Source: an uncultured delta proteobacterium (GTDB taxonomy: Bacteria; Myxococcota_A; Polyangia; Haliangiales; Haliangiaceae). Taken from it: a stretch of DNA of 64,000 nt. Location: NCBI GenBank assembly GCA_963848295.1, contig CAWKDB010000004.1, forward strand, positions 32,001-96,000. Reading direction: 5' to 3'. Under the pieces are notes generated by a model. The model ran no database searches. It saw only the letters and a program-made list of their open reading frames with translations, and was not told the DNA's origin. The translations under genes and the position numbers were made by a program. Each line of letters opens with the position of its first letter. The stretch's first letter is position 1. This document shows, in pieces, positions 10,473 to 21,960 of the stretch.

Positions 10473-11194
10473 CCGACGCTCGACCGTCGACCGCGTTGAT
10501 CGAGCTCGATCGCGTCGTCAAGATCTACTCTCTCGGCGAGGTCGAGGTAATCGCGCTCGATGACGTCTCGCTGCAGATCCCCGCCGGACAGTTCGTCGCG
10601 GTGATGGGTGCCTCCGGATCGGGTAAATCGACGCTGATGAACGTGATCGGTTGCCTCGATCGCCCGACCTCCGGTGTCTACCGGCTCGCCGGCCGCGAGG
10701 TGGGCCATCTCGAGCGCAACGAGCTCGCGCGGATCCGCAACGAGACGATCGGGTTCGTGTTCCAGCACTTCAACCTGCTCGCGCGCACCACGGCGCGCGA
10801 GAACGTCGAGCTGCCTCTGCTGTACTCGAACATTCCCGCACGCGAACGCTCCGAGCGCGCGATGGCGGCGCTCGAGCGCGTCGGACTCGCGGGCCGAGCC
10901 GACCACACACCGAATCAACTGTCCGGTGGTCAGCAACAGCGCGTGGCGATCGCGCGAGCGCTCGTCAACGATCCGAAAATCATTCTCGCGGACGAGCCGA
11001 CCGGCGCGCTCGACTCGCGCAGCGGCATGGAGATCATGGAGCTGTTTCAGACTCTCGGTCGCACTGGAATCACGAACGTGGTCGTCACGCACGAGCCTCA
11101 CGTCGGCGGCTGCGCCGAACGCATGATCACGATGCGCGACGGTCGCGTCATCTCGGATGTCGCGCAGCAACCAGCCGCGGCGGTCGCCGCATGA
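10469..11194 (+). CDS. MacB/LolD-type ABC ATP-binding protein
   Basis: [33 protein letters not shown]. Confidence 0.93.
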   Translation: MTDARPSTALIELDRVVKIYSLGEVEVIALDDVSLQIPAGQFVAVMGASGSGKSTLMNVIGCLDRPTSGVYRLAGREVGHLERNELARIRNETIGFVFQHFNLLARTTARENVELPLLYSNIPARERSERAMAALERVGLAGRADHTPNQLSGGQQQRVAIARALVNDPKIILADEPTGALDSRSGMEIMELFQTLGRTGITNVVVTHEPHVGGCAERMITMRDGRVISDVAQQPAAAVAA

Positions 11195-12420
11195 ACGCGA
11201 CGCTCATCGTGCGCAGCGCGGGTCGGGCGCTCGCCCGCAACAAGATGCGGTCGTTTCTCACGGCGATCGGCGTGGTCATCGGGGTCAGCGCGGTGATCGC
11301 GATGGTCGCGATCGGTGAGGGCGCGAAGCGTCGCGTCGAGCAGACGTTCGAGGCGATGGGTACGAACTTGCTGATCGTCTTGCCCGGCTCGGCATCGTCC
11401 GGTGGAATGATGGGCGGCACCGGCACCAAGGCGACGCTGACCTGGGCCGATCTCGCGGCGATCCGCAAGGAGCTCCCGGCTGTGCTCGCCGCGGCGCCGG
11501 TGTTGCGCGCGAGCGTGGTCGTTCAGGGGGAGGATCAGAACTGGACGACCGGGGTGATCGGGACGATCCCCGACTACCTGACGATCCGGAGCTGGAACAT
11601 CGCGCGCGGTCGCGCCTTGGACGTCGGCGATGTCGACGGCGCCGCGAAGGTGGTGGTGCTGGGGCAGACCGTGGTCGATAACGTGTGGGGTAAGAGCTAC
11701 GACCCGGTCGGCCATACGGTACGAGTCCGCGGGATCCCGTTCACGGTGATCGGCGTGCTCGAGCGGAAGGGCCAGTCGCCGGTCGGCCAGGACTACGACG
11801 ATACCGCGCTCGTTCCGTCGTCGACGTTCGAGACCAAGATCCAGGCCGGCCTCGGTGGCTACGTGAACGGCGCGATCTTCGTCAGTGCGATCGCGGCCGA
11901 TCAGACCCAGCGCGCGCAAGACGAGATCACGAGCCTGCTCCGCGATCGCCATCGGCTCGCGGTCGGAATGGATGACGACTTCTCGGTTCGCAATCTGGCC
12001 GAGATGGCCGCAGCGCAGCAGCAAGGAACGGCGATCCTGACCACGTTGCTCGCCGCGATCGCCGCGGTCTCCCTGCTCGTCGGCGGCATCGGCATCATGA
12101 ACATCATGCTCGTGAGCGTCACGGAACGTACGCGAGAGATCGGGCTGCGGATGGCGGTCGGCGCGAGGTCGTGGGATGTGCTCGCGCAGTTCCTCGCCGA
12201 AGCGCTCGCGCTATCGCTCGGCGGCGGCCTGATCGGCATCGGGTTCGGACTGGTCGCGGCGAACCGACTCGCCGCGCACTTCAAGTGGCCGTTCTCGATC
12301 CACCCAGAGATCCTCGTGATCGCTGTGGGATTCAGCGCGCTCGTCGGCGTCGTGTTCGGTCTGTATCCGGCCCGCAAGGCATCCCGCCTCGATCCGATCG
12401 AGGCGTTGCGGTTCGAGTGA
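11191..12420 (+). CDS. MacB-type ABC permease
   Basis: RSFLTAIGVVIGV, GGIGIMNIMLVSVTERTREIG, YPARKASRLDPIEALRFE. Confidence 0.93.
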   Translation: MNATLIVRSAGRALARNKMRSFLTAIGVVIGVSAVIAMVAIGEGAKRRVEQTFEAMGTNLLIVLPGSASSGGMMGGTGTKATLTWADLAAIRKELPAVLAAAPVLRASVVVQGEDQNWTTGVIGTIPDYLTIRSWNIARGRALDVGDVDGAAKVVVLGQTVVDNVWGKSYDPVGHTVRVRGIPFTVIGVLERKGQSPVGQDYDDTALVPSSTFETKIQAGLGGYVNGAIFVSAIAADQTQRAQDEITSLLRDRHRLAVGMDDDFSVRNLAEMAAAQQQGTAILTTLLAAIAAVSLLVGGIGIMNIMLVSVTERTREIGLRMAVGARSWDVLAQFLAEALALSLGGGLIGIGFGLVAANRLAAHFKWPFSIHPEILVIAVGFSALVGVVFGLYPARKASRLDPIEALRFE

Positions 12421-12458
12421 GGTAGCGGTCGTCGCTGCGTCCTCGTACAGCGCTCGCG

Positions 12459-12474
12459 TGGCACAGAGGCTGCA
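12459..12474 (+). promoter_or_regulatory. sigma54 -24/-12 promoter
   Basis: TGGCACAGAGGCTGCA; ATG 12488 is 15 nt downstream. Confidence 0.75.
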
Positions 12475-12487
12475 CTCGCTATCAGCC

Positions 12488-12892
12488 ATGCTGATGCCTC
12501 CCATCTCTCGGTACATGACTCGTCAACCGTGGACTATCCGAAAGGACGCGACGATGGCGGAGGCGCACCACATGATGCGCCTGCACCGGATTCGACACCT
12601 TCCTGTCCTCGAAGCAGGCAAGCTCGTAGGAATCGTCACGGAGCGTGATCTCCATTTGATCGAGACCCTACCTGGCGGAGACCCAGACGCCGTGACGGTC
12701 GAGGAAGCGATGACGGTGGACGTCTACGCGGTGCATCCCGACGGCGCCGTCGACTCGATTGTCGAGAAGATGGCAGACCACAAGTACGGTTCCGCCGTCG
12801 TGCTCGACCGACAAGGCGCGGTCGAGGGCATCTTTACGACAGTGGACGCGCTGCAGGTGCTCGCCGAGGTGCTGCGGCGCGCGACCGCCTAG
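12488..12892 (+). CDS. CBS domain pair protein
   Basis: IRHLPVLEAGKLVGIVTERD and GIFTTVDAL. Confidence 0.9.
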   Translation: MLMPPISRYMTRQPWTIRKDATMAEAHHMMRLHRIRHLPVLEAGKLVGIVTERDLHLIETLPGGDPDAVTVEEAMTVDVYAVHPDGAVDSIVEKMADHKYGSAVVLDRQGAVEGIFTTVDALQVLAEVLRRATA

Positions 12893-13049
12893 CCAGCCCG
12901 ATTCGCGTCGACGCTTCGCGCACGACTTGCGCGGGCCGTGATGGCAATGCGGTCGTTGCGCGATCGCGGCCTAGCAAGATGGTCGCGCAGAAATTTCGCA
13001 CTTCCGGACGACGCGAGACCGAGCTTGGCCTGATCGACCCTCGCCGATC

Positions 13050-13265
13050 CTATGCGAGTCCGGCGTACCGAACCCACTGTCCCGAGCGGCGTTGCACGAA
13101 GCTTCGTTCGACCGCCGCCCACGCGATCCGGTGTGCCACGGCTTCGCGATTTCTCCCATATCTGCGAAGCGCGCCATTCAACGCGAGCCGGTACGTCTCC
13201 TGGGCGTCTTTCGGCAGCTGTGCGCACACGGCCTCCGGGAGCTTCGAGTCTGGCTCATCGTGCAT
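13050..13265 (-). CDS. chaB: ChaB family protein
   Basis: LPxxVxxxLPxxAQxxY..A.N..EAVAHRIAWAAV..G.W. Confidence 0.85.
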   Translation of the reverse strand: MHDEPDSKLPEAVCAQLPKDAQETYRLALNGALRRYGRNREAVAHRIAWAAVERSFVQRRSGQWVRYAGLA

Positions 13266-13277
13266 GCCTCATCACCG

Positions 13278-13293
13278 AGCATGCCTTGTGCCA
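13278..13293 (-). promoter_or_regulatory. sigma54 -24/-12 promoter
   Basis: TGGCACAAGGCATGCT on minus strand; ATG 13265 is 14 nt downstream. Confidence 0.75.
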
Positions 13294-13431
13294 TTTCGCG
13301 TCGTATGCCGAGTCAGTTGCTGCCTTGTAAGTTAGTTAGAAGACCGATGCACAGCCGCCCCAGTGAAGCGACTAGACTAGGTTATCCGCGAGATCGTCGA
13401 CATCGATAGGGACGATGGTACCTCGGCGACG

Positions 13432-16176
13432 GTGGTCGACGCGCCGCGACGCGTGCGGCGTCCGGATACCTCGGACCTCGCGGCCGGCACCCGGCTGGAG
13501 CACTTCCAGATCCTCGACCCGCTAGGCCATGGCGGCATGGGCAGCGTCTACTCTGCATACGACCTGCGACTCGATCGCAAGGTCGCGATCAAGGTGCTCG
13601 CGCACGGTGGCACCGGTACCGAGCTGGAGCACCGCCGCCAGCGCCTCCTGCGCGAGGCGCAGCTGATGGCGAAGCTGTCCCACCCGAACGTCGTGCCGGT
13701 CTACGAGGTCGGGGTCGATCGCGACACGATCTTCATCGCCATGGAATATGTCGCCGCGCGCACCCTCGGCGCGTGGCTCGAGCAGGACAAACCGAGCTGG
13801 CGGGAGATCATCGGCGCGTTCGCGCAAGCGGGGCGCGGACTGGCCGCGGCGCACGAGGCCGAGATCGTGCACCGCGACTTCAAGCCCGCGAACGTGCTGG
13901 TCGACGCGAGAGGCCACGTGCGCGTGGTCGATTTCGGCGTCGCGCAGGGACGCCGGCCCGGCGAGCCGCCCGAGCACGCCCCGACACCGCCCGAACGCAT
14001 CGAGCTGCCCGACGGCCGCGAGCTCACCCCGACGCCGCCAGGCACGCCGCTCACCGTGGCCGGATCGCTGATCGGGACGCCCGCGTACATGTCGCCCGAG
14101 CAGTTCCGGACGGCTGCCGTCGATGCGCGCAGCGATCAGTTCTCGTTCTCTATCGCGCTCTACGAGGCCCTTTTCGGCAAGCGGCCGTTCGCGGGGCGCG
14201 GCAAGGAGCTCGCCGAACACGTTACGCGCGGGGTGATCGAGAAGCCCGATCCGAAGTCGCCGGTCCCGGGTTGGGTGATCGCGATCGTCATGCGCGGGCT
14301 TGCGACCGATCCGGCGCGGCGATTTCCGTCGATGACCGAGCTCGTCGACGCCCTCGAGCGCGACCCGAGCCGACGGCGCCGGCGGCTCGCGATGGCGAGT
14401 GCGGGTACGATCGCGCTCGTGGCGGCCGCATCCCTCATCGGCTGGCGCCTGCACTCTCAAACCCAGGTCGAGCCCTGCACCGAGAGCGATGCACCGTTCG
14501 CGGCGATCTGGGATCCCGGCTCGCGCATCGCGCTCGAGCGCGCGTTCGTCGCGACTGGTGCGCCGTACGCGGAGTCGGCGGCGCATCGTGTCGAGGCGAT
14601 CTTCGACCGCTACCGCGCCGACTGGCTCGCGATGCGCGGCGACGCGTGCCGAGCGACCCGCGTTCGTGGCGAGCAGTCCGAGCACGTCCTCGATCTCCGC
14701 GAGTCGTGCCTCGATCGCCGGCTCGGCGAGATGCGAGCGCTCGCCTCGTTGCTCACCGGGACCCTCGACGCGAAGGCCGTCGCTCGTTCGGTCGAGGCCG
14801 CGAGCGCGCTCGCACCGATCGCCGCCTGTGCCGAGGCCGCTGTGCTGCTCCAGCCGGGCGCGCAGCCCACGGATCCCGCGGCTCGTGCGCGGCTCGCCGC
14901 ACTCCGCGACCGGCTCGATCACCTGCGCGCCGCCGAGCTCACCGGCCGTGCGCAGGCGACGCTCGCCGGCACGCGCGCGCTCGTCATCGAGGCTCGCGCC
15001 ACCGCCGATTCCGCATTGATCGCCGACGCGCTCGAGCTGCAGGGAACGACCGAGACCGACGTCGGCCAGCTCGCTCCAGCCGAGGCGACGCTCGGCGAGG
15101 CGCTGCGTCGCACGCGCGAGCTCGGCGACGCCGACCGGTTCGAGGTCGCCGCGATCGATCTCGCGGACGCGCTGGGCGAGGCCGGCATCTCGACCAGCCG
15201 CGAGGCGCTCGGCGTCGTGCGCGTGGGAGAAGCCATGGTCGACGACACCGCCGATCCGACGCTGCCGGTTCGGCTCGCGTACGAGAAGGCTGACGTTTAC
15301 ATGACGCTCGCCCATCCGGACCTCGCGCTCGAGATCCTCGGCCCGGCGGAAGAGCGTGCTCGCCGCACCCTCGGGGACGATCATGTCGTGGTGTTCCAGT
15401 TGCGCGCGCTGCGCGGCGGCGCGCTCGCACGTACCGGCAAGTACGACGAAGCACGCGCGTTGCTCGCGGCCTCGATCGAGCAGCTCGCACGCGTGGTCGG
15501 CCCGCTGCACCCGATGACCGAGCACGCGCGGTTGCAGCGCTGCCACACGTACGTCGAGGCGAACACCCCCGATCAAGCGGCGCCTTGCTTCGCCGCCGTA
15601 CTCCCCGACGCCGAACGCGTGCTCGGCGCGCGCGACCGCGAGTTGCTGTCGTTCACGGCGGACTACGGCATGTCGCTGGCCTTCACCGGGCGATCCGACG
15701 AAGCTCGCACCGTGCTGGCGCGCGCCTACGCGAATGTGCCGGATGCGGCCTGGGGCGAGCAGTGGTTCATCGCCTCCGAGATCGCGAGCGTGCTCGGCGA
15801 TCTCGAGGTCGATGCGGGTGACTATCGCGCCGGCCTCGAGCACTGCAAGCGCGGCGAGGAGGCGACCGAGGCCAAGCACCGCGGCCCGATCGGTGCCACG
15901 TGCATCGGCGAGGCGTTGCTCGGACTCGGTGACCCGGTGCAAGCGCTAGCCGCGCTCGAAGCCGTGCGCGCGGCGGTGGAGTCGACCGATCCGATGCAGC
16001 TCGGCGCGGAGCCGGCGCAGATCGGTGCGTGGCGGTTCGCCTACGCGCGGGCGGTCTGGGCCGTGCGCCACGACGCGGCCACTGCGCGAGCGTTCGCGGT
16101 GAAGGCGCGCGGCGAGCTGCAGCCCGGGCCGCGGCGCGTCCAGCTCGATGCATGGCTCGCGAAGCTGCCACGGTAA
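13432..16176 (+). CDS. Ser/Thr protein kinase with TM segment and TPR-like C-terminus
   Basis: LGHGGMGSVY, VAIK, HRDFKPAN, DFG, GTPAYMSPE. Confidence 0.93.
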   Translation: MVDAPRRVRRPDTSDLAAGTRLEHFQILDPLGHGGMGSVYSAYDLRLDRKVAIKVLAHGGTGTELEHRRQRLLREAQLMAKLSHPNVVPVYEVGVDRDTIFIAMEYVAARTLGAWLEQDKPSWREIIGAFAQAGRGLAAAHEAEIVHRDFKPANVLVDARGHVRVVDFGVAQGRRPGEPPEHAPTPPERIELPDGRELTPTPPGTPLTVAGSLIGTPAYMSPEQFRTAAVDARSDQFSFSIALYEALFGKRPFAGRGKELAEHVTRGVIEKPDPKSPVPGWVIAIVMRGLATDPARRFPSMTELVDALERDPSRRRRRLAMASAGTIALVAAASLIGWRLHSQTQVEPCTESDAPFAAIWDPGSRIALERAFVATGAPYAESAAHRVEAIFDRYRADWLAMRGDACRATRVRGEQSEHVLDLRESCLDRRLGEMRALASLLTGTLDAKAVARSVEAASALAPIAACAEAAVLLQPGAQPTDPAARARLAALRDRLDHLRAAELTGRAQATLAGTRALVIEARATADSALIADALELQGTTETDVGQLAPAEATLGEALRRTRELGDADRFEVAAIDLADALGEAGISTSREALGVVRVGEAMVDDTADPTLPVRLAYEKADVYMTLAHPDLALEILGPAEERARRTLGDDHVVVFQLRALRGGALARTGKYDEARALLAASIEQLARVVGPLHPMTEHARLQRCHTYVEANTPDQAAPCFAAVLPDAERVLGARDRELLSFTADYGMSLAFTGRSDEARTVLARAYANVPDAAWGEQWFIASEIASVLGDLEVDAGDYRAGLEHCKRGEEATEAKHRGPIGATCIGEALLGLGDPVQALAALEAVRAAVESTDPMQLGAEPAQIGAWRFAYARAVWAVRHDAATARAFAVKARGELQPGPRRVQLDAWLAKLPR

Positions 16177-16253
16177 CAACCGCCGGTCCGGCGCCATGCG
16201 CGGGCTGCGGGCACGCGCCTTGACCGGGGCGCCCGGCGCCTTATGTTGTCCGT

Positions 16254-16676
16254 ATGATCGTCCGCTGCGCGTCATGCGCGAAGTCCAACCGCGTTCCCGC
16301 TGCTCGACTGTCTGACCACGCGAAGTGCGCCGCGTGCAAGACGCCGTTGCTGCCCGCTGACCACCCGATCGCGGTAGGCAGCGCGAGTGACTTCGACGAG
16401 CTGGTTCGGAGCTCGCCCGTGCCCGTGCTGGTCGACTTCTGGGCCAGCTGGTGTGGGCCGTGCCGATCGCTCGCGCCCGAGCTCGAGTCGCTGGCCAAGA
16501 GCCGCAGCGGTCGGATCGTGGTCGCCAAGGTCGACACCGAGGCGCTGCCCGCCGTCGCAGGGCGATTCGCGATTCAAAGCATCCCGACCATGATCTTGTT
16601 CAAGAGCGGGAACGAGACCCAGCGGCAAAGCGGGGCGATGCGCGCCGATCAGATCGCAGCGCGGTTCGCGATGTAG
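16254..16676 (+). CDS. trxC: Thioredoxin 2 (N-terminal Zn site)
   Basis: CASC..CAAC plus DFWASWCGPC. Confidence 0.9.
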   Translation: MIVRCASCAKSNRVPAARLSDHAKCAACKTPLLPADHPIAVGSASDFDELVRSSPVPVLVDFWASWCGPCRSLAPELESLAKSRSGRIVVAKVDTEALPAVAGRFAIQSIPTMILFKSGNETQRQSGAMRADQIAARFAM

Positions 16677-16706
16677 CGATCAGCGGCGGCACCATCATCG
16701 CGGCGG

Positions 16707-17830
16707 CTACCCGAGCTTCTTGCGGAAGCGTAGCGCCGACAACACGATGAAGACGCCGCCGATCACGGCGAGGGACTCGATCTCGGGCACGAGGTCTGCG
16801 AGCGTGGCGCCCTTGAGCACGATACCGCGAATGATCCGCAGGAAGTGCGTGAGTGGAAGCGCCTGACCGAGGAGTTGCGCCGGGTACGGCATGCCCTCGA
16901 ACGGAAACAGGAACCCCGACAACAGGATCTGCGGAAGGAATAGAAAGAACGACAGCTGCATCGCCTGCTGCTGCGTATCGACGAGCGTCGATACCAGCAG
17001 GCCGAGCGCGAGATTAGCGACGATGAACAGGGAGGCGAGCGCATATAACGCGAGCCATGACCCCGTGAACGGCACCGAAAACCCGATCGTACCGACCGCG
17101 AGGATGAGCGACATCTGGACATAGCCGATCGCGATGTACGGCACGATCTTGCCGATCACGAGCTCCGCGGAACGAACCGGCGAGACGATCAGCTGCTCGA
17201 GGGTTCCGCGCTCGCGCTCGCGCGCGATGCCCATCGACGTGAACATCACCATCGTCATCGTGAGGATCACTCCGACGAGGCCGGGCACCACGAACACGGC
17301 GGTGCGAAGGTCGGGGTTGTACCAGATCGCGGTTTCCATCGTGATCGGCTCGGTCGCTCCGCCGGTGCGGTGCTCGGCCGACCACGCGGAGATCACCGTG
17401 TTCGCACTCTGGGTCGCGCTCGCGACCGTCTGTGCGTCGGAGCCGTCGACCACGAGCTGGACCTGGGCCGGGTGGCCGGTGACGACCGCCGCCGAGAATC
17501 CGGCCGGGACCACGAGGCCGATCCGCGCTTGTCCACTCCGAAATGTCCGCGCCATCGCGGGATAGTCAGCGACGCGCTCGACGATGTCGTAGAACCCAGT
17601 CGCCTCGAGCCGGCGAACGAGATCGCGGCTCTGAGCCTGGTTGTCGTCGTCCAGCACGACGGTCGGCATGTGGCGAACGTCGGTGTTGATCGCGTAGCCG
17701 AACAGCAACAGCATGATCACCGGCAGCATCACCATCATCCCGATCGTCAGCCGATCGCGCCGGAGCTGGCGGAGCTCCTTTCCCGCGATCACGGCGATCC
17801 GGCCCAGCGGTCCCGATCTCCGCGGTCCAC

Positions 17831-17834
<4 letters not shown>
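16707..17834 (-). CDS. ABC-2 type permease (YbhS-like)
   Basis: KELRQLRRD, LFGYAIN, ARERERGTLEQL, LSGFLFPFEGMP. Confidence 0.9.
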
Positions 17835-18744
<910 letters not shown>

Positions 18745-18748
<4 letters not shown>

Positions 18749-19719
18749 CGGTGGGCCTCTCGCAGCGGCGCGCCGAGACGAACATAGGCGGGCTGGCCGG
18801 CGTAGAGCCGGCCCTCGCGATCGTCGAGGCGCACTCGAACGCGGGCCAATAGGTTCGGTCGCTCGCGCGGGCTATAGATGTAGCGCGGCGTGAACTCGAG
18901 GTGGGGGAAGACCCTCTCGACGACACCCGCGACCTCACGCGGATCTCCTTCGACTGCGAGCGCGATCGCCGCACCGAGGTGAATCCGCGGCAAGTCGGCG
19001 ACCGGCACGAACACGTCGGCGTAGGGCCGGGCGCGATCGACGATCGCCGTGACGGGCGTCCCGGCCGGGACGACCTCGCCGATCTTTGGATAGACGTCGA
19101 CCACCACGCCATCGAGCGGCGAGCTCACCGCGTGCTTGGCGAGGACGCGATCGGCGAGCTCGAGCGTCTGCTGCGCGGTGGCGACCTGCGCCTCCGCGCG
19201 CGCGATCTCTTCGACCCGTGCGCCCTTGGTGAGCGCACGCAGCCGTTGTTCGGCGACACGCCGGTCGCCCAGGGCTCGCGCATACTGCGCGGTCTCTTCA
19301 TCGAGCTGCGCCCTCGTCACCGCGCCCTCTACCACGAGCTTCCGGTCACGTTCCAGATCGCGAGAGCTCACATCCTGGGTCACGCGGGCCGCCTCGAGCT
19401 GCGCTTGGGCGGCACGAACGTCTTCGATTCGAGATCCGGCAAGCACGAGCGCGAGCTCGGCCTTCGCAGTGTCGAGCTCTCGCGCGCGGACAGCTCGCGT
19501 CTGACGATCGATCGCATCATCGAGCGTGGCGATCCGGTCACCGCGGTGGACCGTTGCGCCGGCAACGACATCGAGTGATTCGATCCGCCCGGTGATCTCG
19601 AATGCGAGATCGGTCTGATCGAGCTCGACCATGCCCTGATACCGGCCGTCGGTGAGATCGCGGTTCGTGCATCCGGCGATCAGGGTCACCGTCATGACCA
19701 TCAAGTAGCTCGCGAACAT
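18745..19719 (-). CDS. HlyD/YbhG-family membrane fusion lipoprotein
   Basis: LIAGC lipobox, coiled coil, SPLDGVV, EFTPRY; start uncertain (19719 chosen from promoter spacing). Confidence 0.85.
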
Positions 19720-19777
19720 TCCTGCGTACGTTGCATGCTCCGTGCGCACTGCATGCGAGCCACCGACGGTCTTTGGA

Positions 19778-19819
19778 CGCAGGATCTGCGGCCTTCGCGC
19801 TGTGAGCGCACGAAGTGCG
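19778..19819. promoter_or_regulatory. Tandem CGCA-N5-TGCG sites between divergent genes
   Basis: CGCAGGATCTGCG at 19778 and CGCACGAAGTGCG at 19807, both perfect. Confidence 0.7.
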
Positions 19820-19849
19820 CGAGTTCCGGCCTCGCGTGATGTAGGTGGC

Positions 19850-19865
19850 GGGCATGCCCGATGCA
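19850..19865 (+). promoter_or_regulatory. sigma54 -24/-12 promoter
   Basis: GGGCATGCCCGATGCA; followed by GAGG RBS and ATG 19890. Confidence 0.65.
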
Positions 19866-19889
19866 GTCACCCGCAACGAGGTGAGTGTG

Positions 19890-20804
19890 ATGAAGAGAAC
19901 GAGCTCGTTTCCTGCGCTGTTATTGTTCGTGATCGTCGCAGCCGGCTGCGCGCTGGCGTACGCGCTCTACGGCGGCACCGTCGGGCTCGCGAGCACGATC
20001 ATCGTGACCGCTGCGGTGGTCGTAGGGGTGATCGTCGCGGCCGCACTCAAGGTCGCGGCACCGTGGGACCGAGCGGTCGTCCTGCGCTTGGGCCGGTTCC
20101 GCGCGCTACGCGGCCCCGGCTTGTTCGGGATCATCCCGATCATCGACACGATCCCCTACTGGATCGATACCCGCGTGCTCACCACGGGGTTCAAGGCGGA
20201 GAAGACGCTGACCAAGGACACCGTGCCCGTCGACGTCGACGCCGTGCTGTTCTGGAAGGTGCTCGATGCCGAGAAAGCGGCTCTCGCGGTGGCCGACTAC
20301 ACGACCGCGATCGGCTGGGCGGCCCAGACCGCGCTCCGCGATGTCATCGGCAAGACGGTGCTCGCCGACATGCTCGAAGGCCGCGAGAAGATCAGTGCCG
20401 AGCTGCAGCGGATCATCGATCTGCGCACCGAGCCGTGGGGCGTCAACGTGATCGCGGTGGAGGTCAGGGACGTCTTGATCCCGCCGGCTCTCGAGGATGC
20501 GATGTCGATGCAGGCACAAGCCGAGCGCGAGCGGCAGGCTCGCGTGATCCTCGGCGACTCCGAACGCCAGGTCGCCGAGAAGTTCGGCGAGGCGGCGAAG
20601 ACCTATGCCCACGATCCGGTCGCGCTGCACCTGCGTGCCATGAACATGCTGTACGAGGGTCTCAAGCAGAACTCGACGATCGTGGTGGTCCCGAGCTCCG
20701 CGCTCGAGTCGATGCAGCTCGGCGGACTCGCCGGGATCACGGCGCTCACCATGGGACTTGGTAAGGACGGAGCGGCCAAAGAGACCGCGGTCGCGAGCCA
20801 CTGA
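19890..20804 (+). CDS. SPFH/band-7 (slipin) protein
   Basis: LTKDTVPVDVDAV, AQTALRDVIG, QAQAERERQARVI. Confidence 0.92.
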   Translation: MKRTSSFPALLLFVIVAAGCALAYALYGGTVGLASTIIVTAAVVVGVIVAAALKVAAPWDRAVVLRLGRFRALRGPGLFGIIPIIDTIPYWIDTRVLTTGFKAEKTLTKDTVPVDVDAVLFWKVLDAEKAALAVADYTTAIGWAAQTALRDVIGKTVLADMLEGREKISAELQRIIDLRTEPWGVNVIAVEVRDVLIPPALEDAMSMQAQAERERQARVILGDSERQVAEKFGEAAKTYAHDPVALHLRAMNMLYEGLKQNSTIVVVPSSALESMQLGGLAGITALTMGLGKDGAAKETAVASH

Positions 20805-20822
20805 TCGCCCCGAGGAGGTCCC

Positions 20823-21932
20823 ATGCCGGAATCAGCGCCGATAGAACATCATCACCGTTGGGCGTGGAGGCTCGGCAGCATCGCCGGCGTCCCGATCTAC
20901 ATCCACGCGACGTTCGTCCTCTTGCTCGCGTGGGTGGCGATGAGCCACCTCGACGCCAGCCACGAGGGCGCGATGATCGCGAAGGGCCTTGTGCTCGTCG
21001 TGAGCGTGTTCGCGATCGTCGTGCTTCACGAGCTCGGCCACGCGCTCGTCGCGCGGCGTTTCGGGATCCCCACGCACGACATCACGCTCTATCCGATCGG
21101 TGGGATCTCGCGGCTCGACCACATGCCCGAGCAGCCCAGGCGAGAGCTGCTCGTGGCGATCGCCGGGCCGGCGGTCAACGGCATGCTCGCGCTGGCGATC
21201 TACGCGGGCCTTCGGCTCTCCAACGCGGACGCCGGAGGAGACCCGCTGTCGGTCGGCGGCGCATTTGCTGTACAGCTGATGTGGATCAATATCTCGCTTG
21301 GCGTGTTCAACCTGCTACCGGCGTTCCCCATGGATGGTGGTCGGGTCTTGCGGGCCACGCTGGCGTTGTGGATGGACCGCCCTCGGGCGACTGCCGTCGC
21401 AGCGCGGATCGCCCGAGGGCTCGCGGTGGTGATGGGAGTCGCCGGCCTGATGTGGAGTCCGATGCTCGCGGTGATCGCCTTGTTCGTGTGGATGGCCGCT
21501 GGAGCGGAAGCTGCTGCGGAGCAAATGAAGTCCGCGCTCGGCGGCGCGACGGTCGCCAGCGCGATGGTGACCGGCGTCGAGACGCTCGCACCCGAGACCG
21601 GAATCGGGATCGCCGCCGGTCGGATCGCGACCGGATTTCAACACGACTTTCCCGTCGTCGATGGCACGAGTGTCGTCGGAGTCCTCACCCACGCCGATGT
21701 GATGCGCGGCCTCGCCGCTCAGCGTTCAGATCTGACGGTCGGTGACGTCATGCACCGCGAGTACGCGATCGCAGGTGCCGCGGAAGGTCTTGCCGGCGTG
21801 CTCGGGCGGATTCCACGCGACGGGAGCTCGATCGTCGTGCTTCACGACGATCACCTCGTAGGTTTGCTCGATCTCGAGCACATCAACAAGCTACTCGCTA
21901 TGCGAGGTGCGATCGCCAGCCACCATGCATAG
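20823..21932 (+). CDS. Site-2 protease (M50) with CBS domains
   Basis: HELGH, NLLPAFPMDGGR, C-terminal CBS pair. Confidence 0.92.
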   Translation: MPESAPIEHHHRWAWRLGSIAGVPIYIHATFVLLLAWVAMSHLDASHEGAMIAKGLVLVVSVFAIVVLHELGHALVARRFGIPTHDITLYPIGGISRLDHMPEQPRRELLVAIAGPAVNGMLALAIYAGLRLSNADAGGDPLSVGGAFAVQLMWINISLGVFNLLPAFPMDGGRVLRATLALWMDRPRATAVAARIARGLAVVMGVAGLMWSPMLAVIALFVWMAAGAEAAAEQMKSALGGATVASAMVTGVETLAPETGIGIAAGRIATGFQHDFPVVDGTSVVGVLTHADVMRGLAAQRSDLTVGDVMHREYAIAGAAEGLAGVLGRIPRDGSSIVVLHDDHLVGLLDLEHINKLLAMRGAIASHHA

Positions 21933-21960
21933 CGCGCGATCAACCTGTTAGGGTGATCAG

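Noticed and set aside
13522..15942. 806-aa antisense ORF and many other long overlapping ORFs (e.g. 3741-5360, 45438-47240, 52161-53807, 61910-63877)
   Set aside because: Shadow frames of real genes in high-GC DNA; Arg/Ala/Pro-rich with no motifs.
16209..16247. sigma54-like GGGCACGCGCCTTGA before trxC
   Set aside because: The -12 element is GA rather than GC and spacing to ATG does not fit; an overlapping TTGACC-16-TATGTT sigma70-like element is as plausible.
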